From the NCBI RefSeq assembly GCF_963921235.1, contig NC_086097.1, positions 212,042,001 through 212,106,000 on the forward strand: a stretch of 64,000 bases of DNA. The letters are read 5' to 3'. The notes under the pieces are model-generated. The model searched no databases and was not told the DNA's origin. It saw only the letters and a program-made list of their open reading frames with translations. The translations under genes were made by a program, and so were the position numbers. This document shows positions 62,275 through 64,000 of this stretch, piece after piece; the stretch's first letter is position 1, and each line of letters begins with the position of its first letter. This stretch comes from Mobula hypostoma (Eukaryota).

Positions 62275-63540
62275 TGTTTTCCCTTAAATTTCTCATGTTT
62301 CAACCTTAAGCCATGACCTCTGGTTGTACTCCACCCAACTGAAGTAGAAAAAGCCTGCTTGCATTACCCCATATACCCCTCATAATTTTGTATACCTCTA
62401 TCAAATCTCCTCTCAATCTTCTACATTCTAAAGAATACAGAACTAACCTGTTAAATCTTTCCATATGACTTGGATCCTCCAGACCCGACAACATCCTTGT
62501 AAATTTTCTCTGCACTCTTTCAACTTTATTTCCATCTTTCCCGTAGGTAGGTAACCAAAACTGCAGACAATACCCCAAATTAGGCAGCCCGAGTCTTATA
62601 GAACTTCAACATAACATCCCATCTTTTGATCACAATACATTCAATGTTCAATAGCTTTCATTACGACCCTATACACTTGCAATCCTTTCAACAAATTGTA
62701 TACCTGTATTCCCAGATCCCTTTGTTCTACCACACTCCACAGTGCCCTAACTTTCACTGTGTAAGACTTACCCTGGTTGATCCTACCGAAGTGCAAAACT
62801 TCGCACTTACAATTTTTTGGCCCACTTTTCCAGTGGATGCAGATCCCTCTGCACGCCATGATTGCCTACCTCACTGTCCGCTACTCCCCCAATCTCGAAG
62901 GCCATCTGCAAATTTACTGATCCATGATTCTGAGATGTCTGAAAGTGGTTTCATGCCACTGCAGTGTAAGACAAAATAGTTGTTTTCTCGGTGCATACAA
63001 AGCTTTGACAATACAAGTAGGGAACATTTCAATTTTACACTAAAGCACTGCAAATTTACTGATCCAGTTAACATTATCCAAATCATTGATATAGATAACG
63101 GACAACAAAGGAGCCAAAACCGATCCCCGTGGCACACCATTCATTAGTCACAGGTCTCCAGTCAGAGAGACAACCCTCTACTGCCACTCTCTGGTTTCTC
63201 CCACACAGCCTATGTTTAATCCAATTTACGAACTCACCCTGAATGTCGAGCCACTGAACCTTCTAGACCAGCCTCCCACGCAGGATATTGTCAAATGCCT
63301 TACTAAAGTTCATGTAGACAACACCAACTGGCTTGCCTTCATCTACTTTCCTGGTAACCTCCTCGAAAAACTCAAGATTGGTTTAACCTGACCCACCACG
63401 CACGAAGCCATGCTGACTAACCTTAATGTTCATGTCTATTCAAATACTTATACACACTGTCTCTTAGAACACCTTTCAATAACTTTCCCACAACTGATGT
63501 CGGATTCACTGGCCTATAATTTCCTGGTTCATGTTTAGAG
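62275..63540 (-). mobile_element. CR1 RT fragment
   Basis: YCLQFWLP..ERVQRKFTRML..RRLRGDLIEVYKIM; WISKFADG. Confidence 0.82.
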
Positions 63541-64000
63541 GATCGAGGAACGACTGTGCAGGCGCGTGGATGTCAGTGAGTTAGACTAGCAGGAGTGTTT
63601 AAAAGGAGATTATTTTCTCTTTGACGGTTTGATCGAGGAACGACTGCGCAGGCATGTGGACACCAGCAAGTTAGACTGGCGGAGAGTTTAAAAAGACAGC
63701 TTTATAAAGCAGGCTACAGAGTAGAGGGAGTCAAAGGCTTTGGCTCAATGGGGCTTCAGTGATAACGGGTCAAAGCGAGGCAACTAACTTGTGAAGTATA
63801 TGAATAGCAAGTATGTCTGTGATGCCAGTGTTCTGTACTGGGTGTCAGATGTGGGATGTCCAGGAGACTCCCAGCGTCCTGGACAGCTACATCTGCGCCA
63901 GGTGTGTCAAGCTGCAGTGCCTTAATGTCCGGGTTAGGGAACTGGAGATGCAGCTCGATGACCTTCGTTTAGTCAGGGAAAGTGAGGTGGTGACAGACAG
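63541..64000 (+). mobile_element. 5' end of a CR1 LINE (tandem 90-bp 5'UTR units; ORF1 starts at 63813 and runs off the window)
   Basis: ORF1 MSVMPVFCTGCQMW..ICARCVKLQCLNVRVRELEMQLDDL is homologous to the ORF1 starts at ~26465 and ~54435. Confidence 0.85.

Overview
Eukaryotic (vertebrate) genomic DNA. The repeat landscape of abundant CR1-type LINEs, Penelope-like elements and Tc1/hAT/Tigger relics suggests a cartilaginous fish (inference only). Two host genes were reconstructed by hand from splice sites. (1) A complete SDCBP (syntenin-1) gene lies on the + strand: a CpG-island promoter and non-coding exon 1 ending at 241, and 8 coding exons at 14511-33765 giving 888 nt / 295 aa with LYPxL motifs and two PDZ domains. 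(2) The last four coding exons of NSMAF (FAN, WD40 C-terminus) lie on the - strand at 51457-40923, convergent with SDCBP as in the human locus. Most remaining ORFs in the track are transposon remnants. The most notable structures are: a 3.46-kb fold-back Penelope-like insertion in SDCBP intron 1, bounded by a perfect 14-bp target-site duplication, with a minimal hammerhead-ribozyme motif in each arm; a truncated Ty3/gypsy element with a PNMA-like gag, one complete LTR and a perfect tRNA-Pro primer-binding site, nested in a Tc1 inside the last NSMAF intron; CR1 5' ends from three families sharing a promoter-like/splice-donor module; a CR1 nested in a CR1 with a TSD; a 35-bp micro-inversion; and an unexplained 123-bp insert flanked by a 19-bp duplication. 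No prokaryotic system or CRISPR array is present, and I found no clearly new biological system, only unusual arrangements of known element classes.
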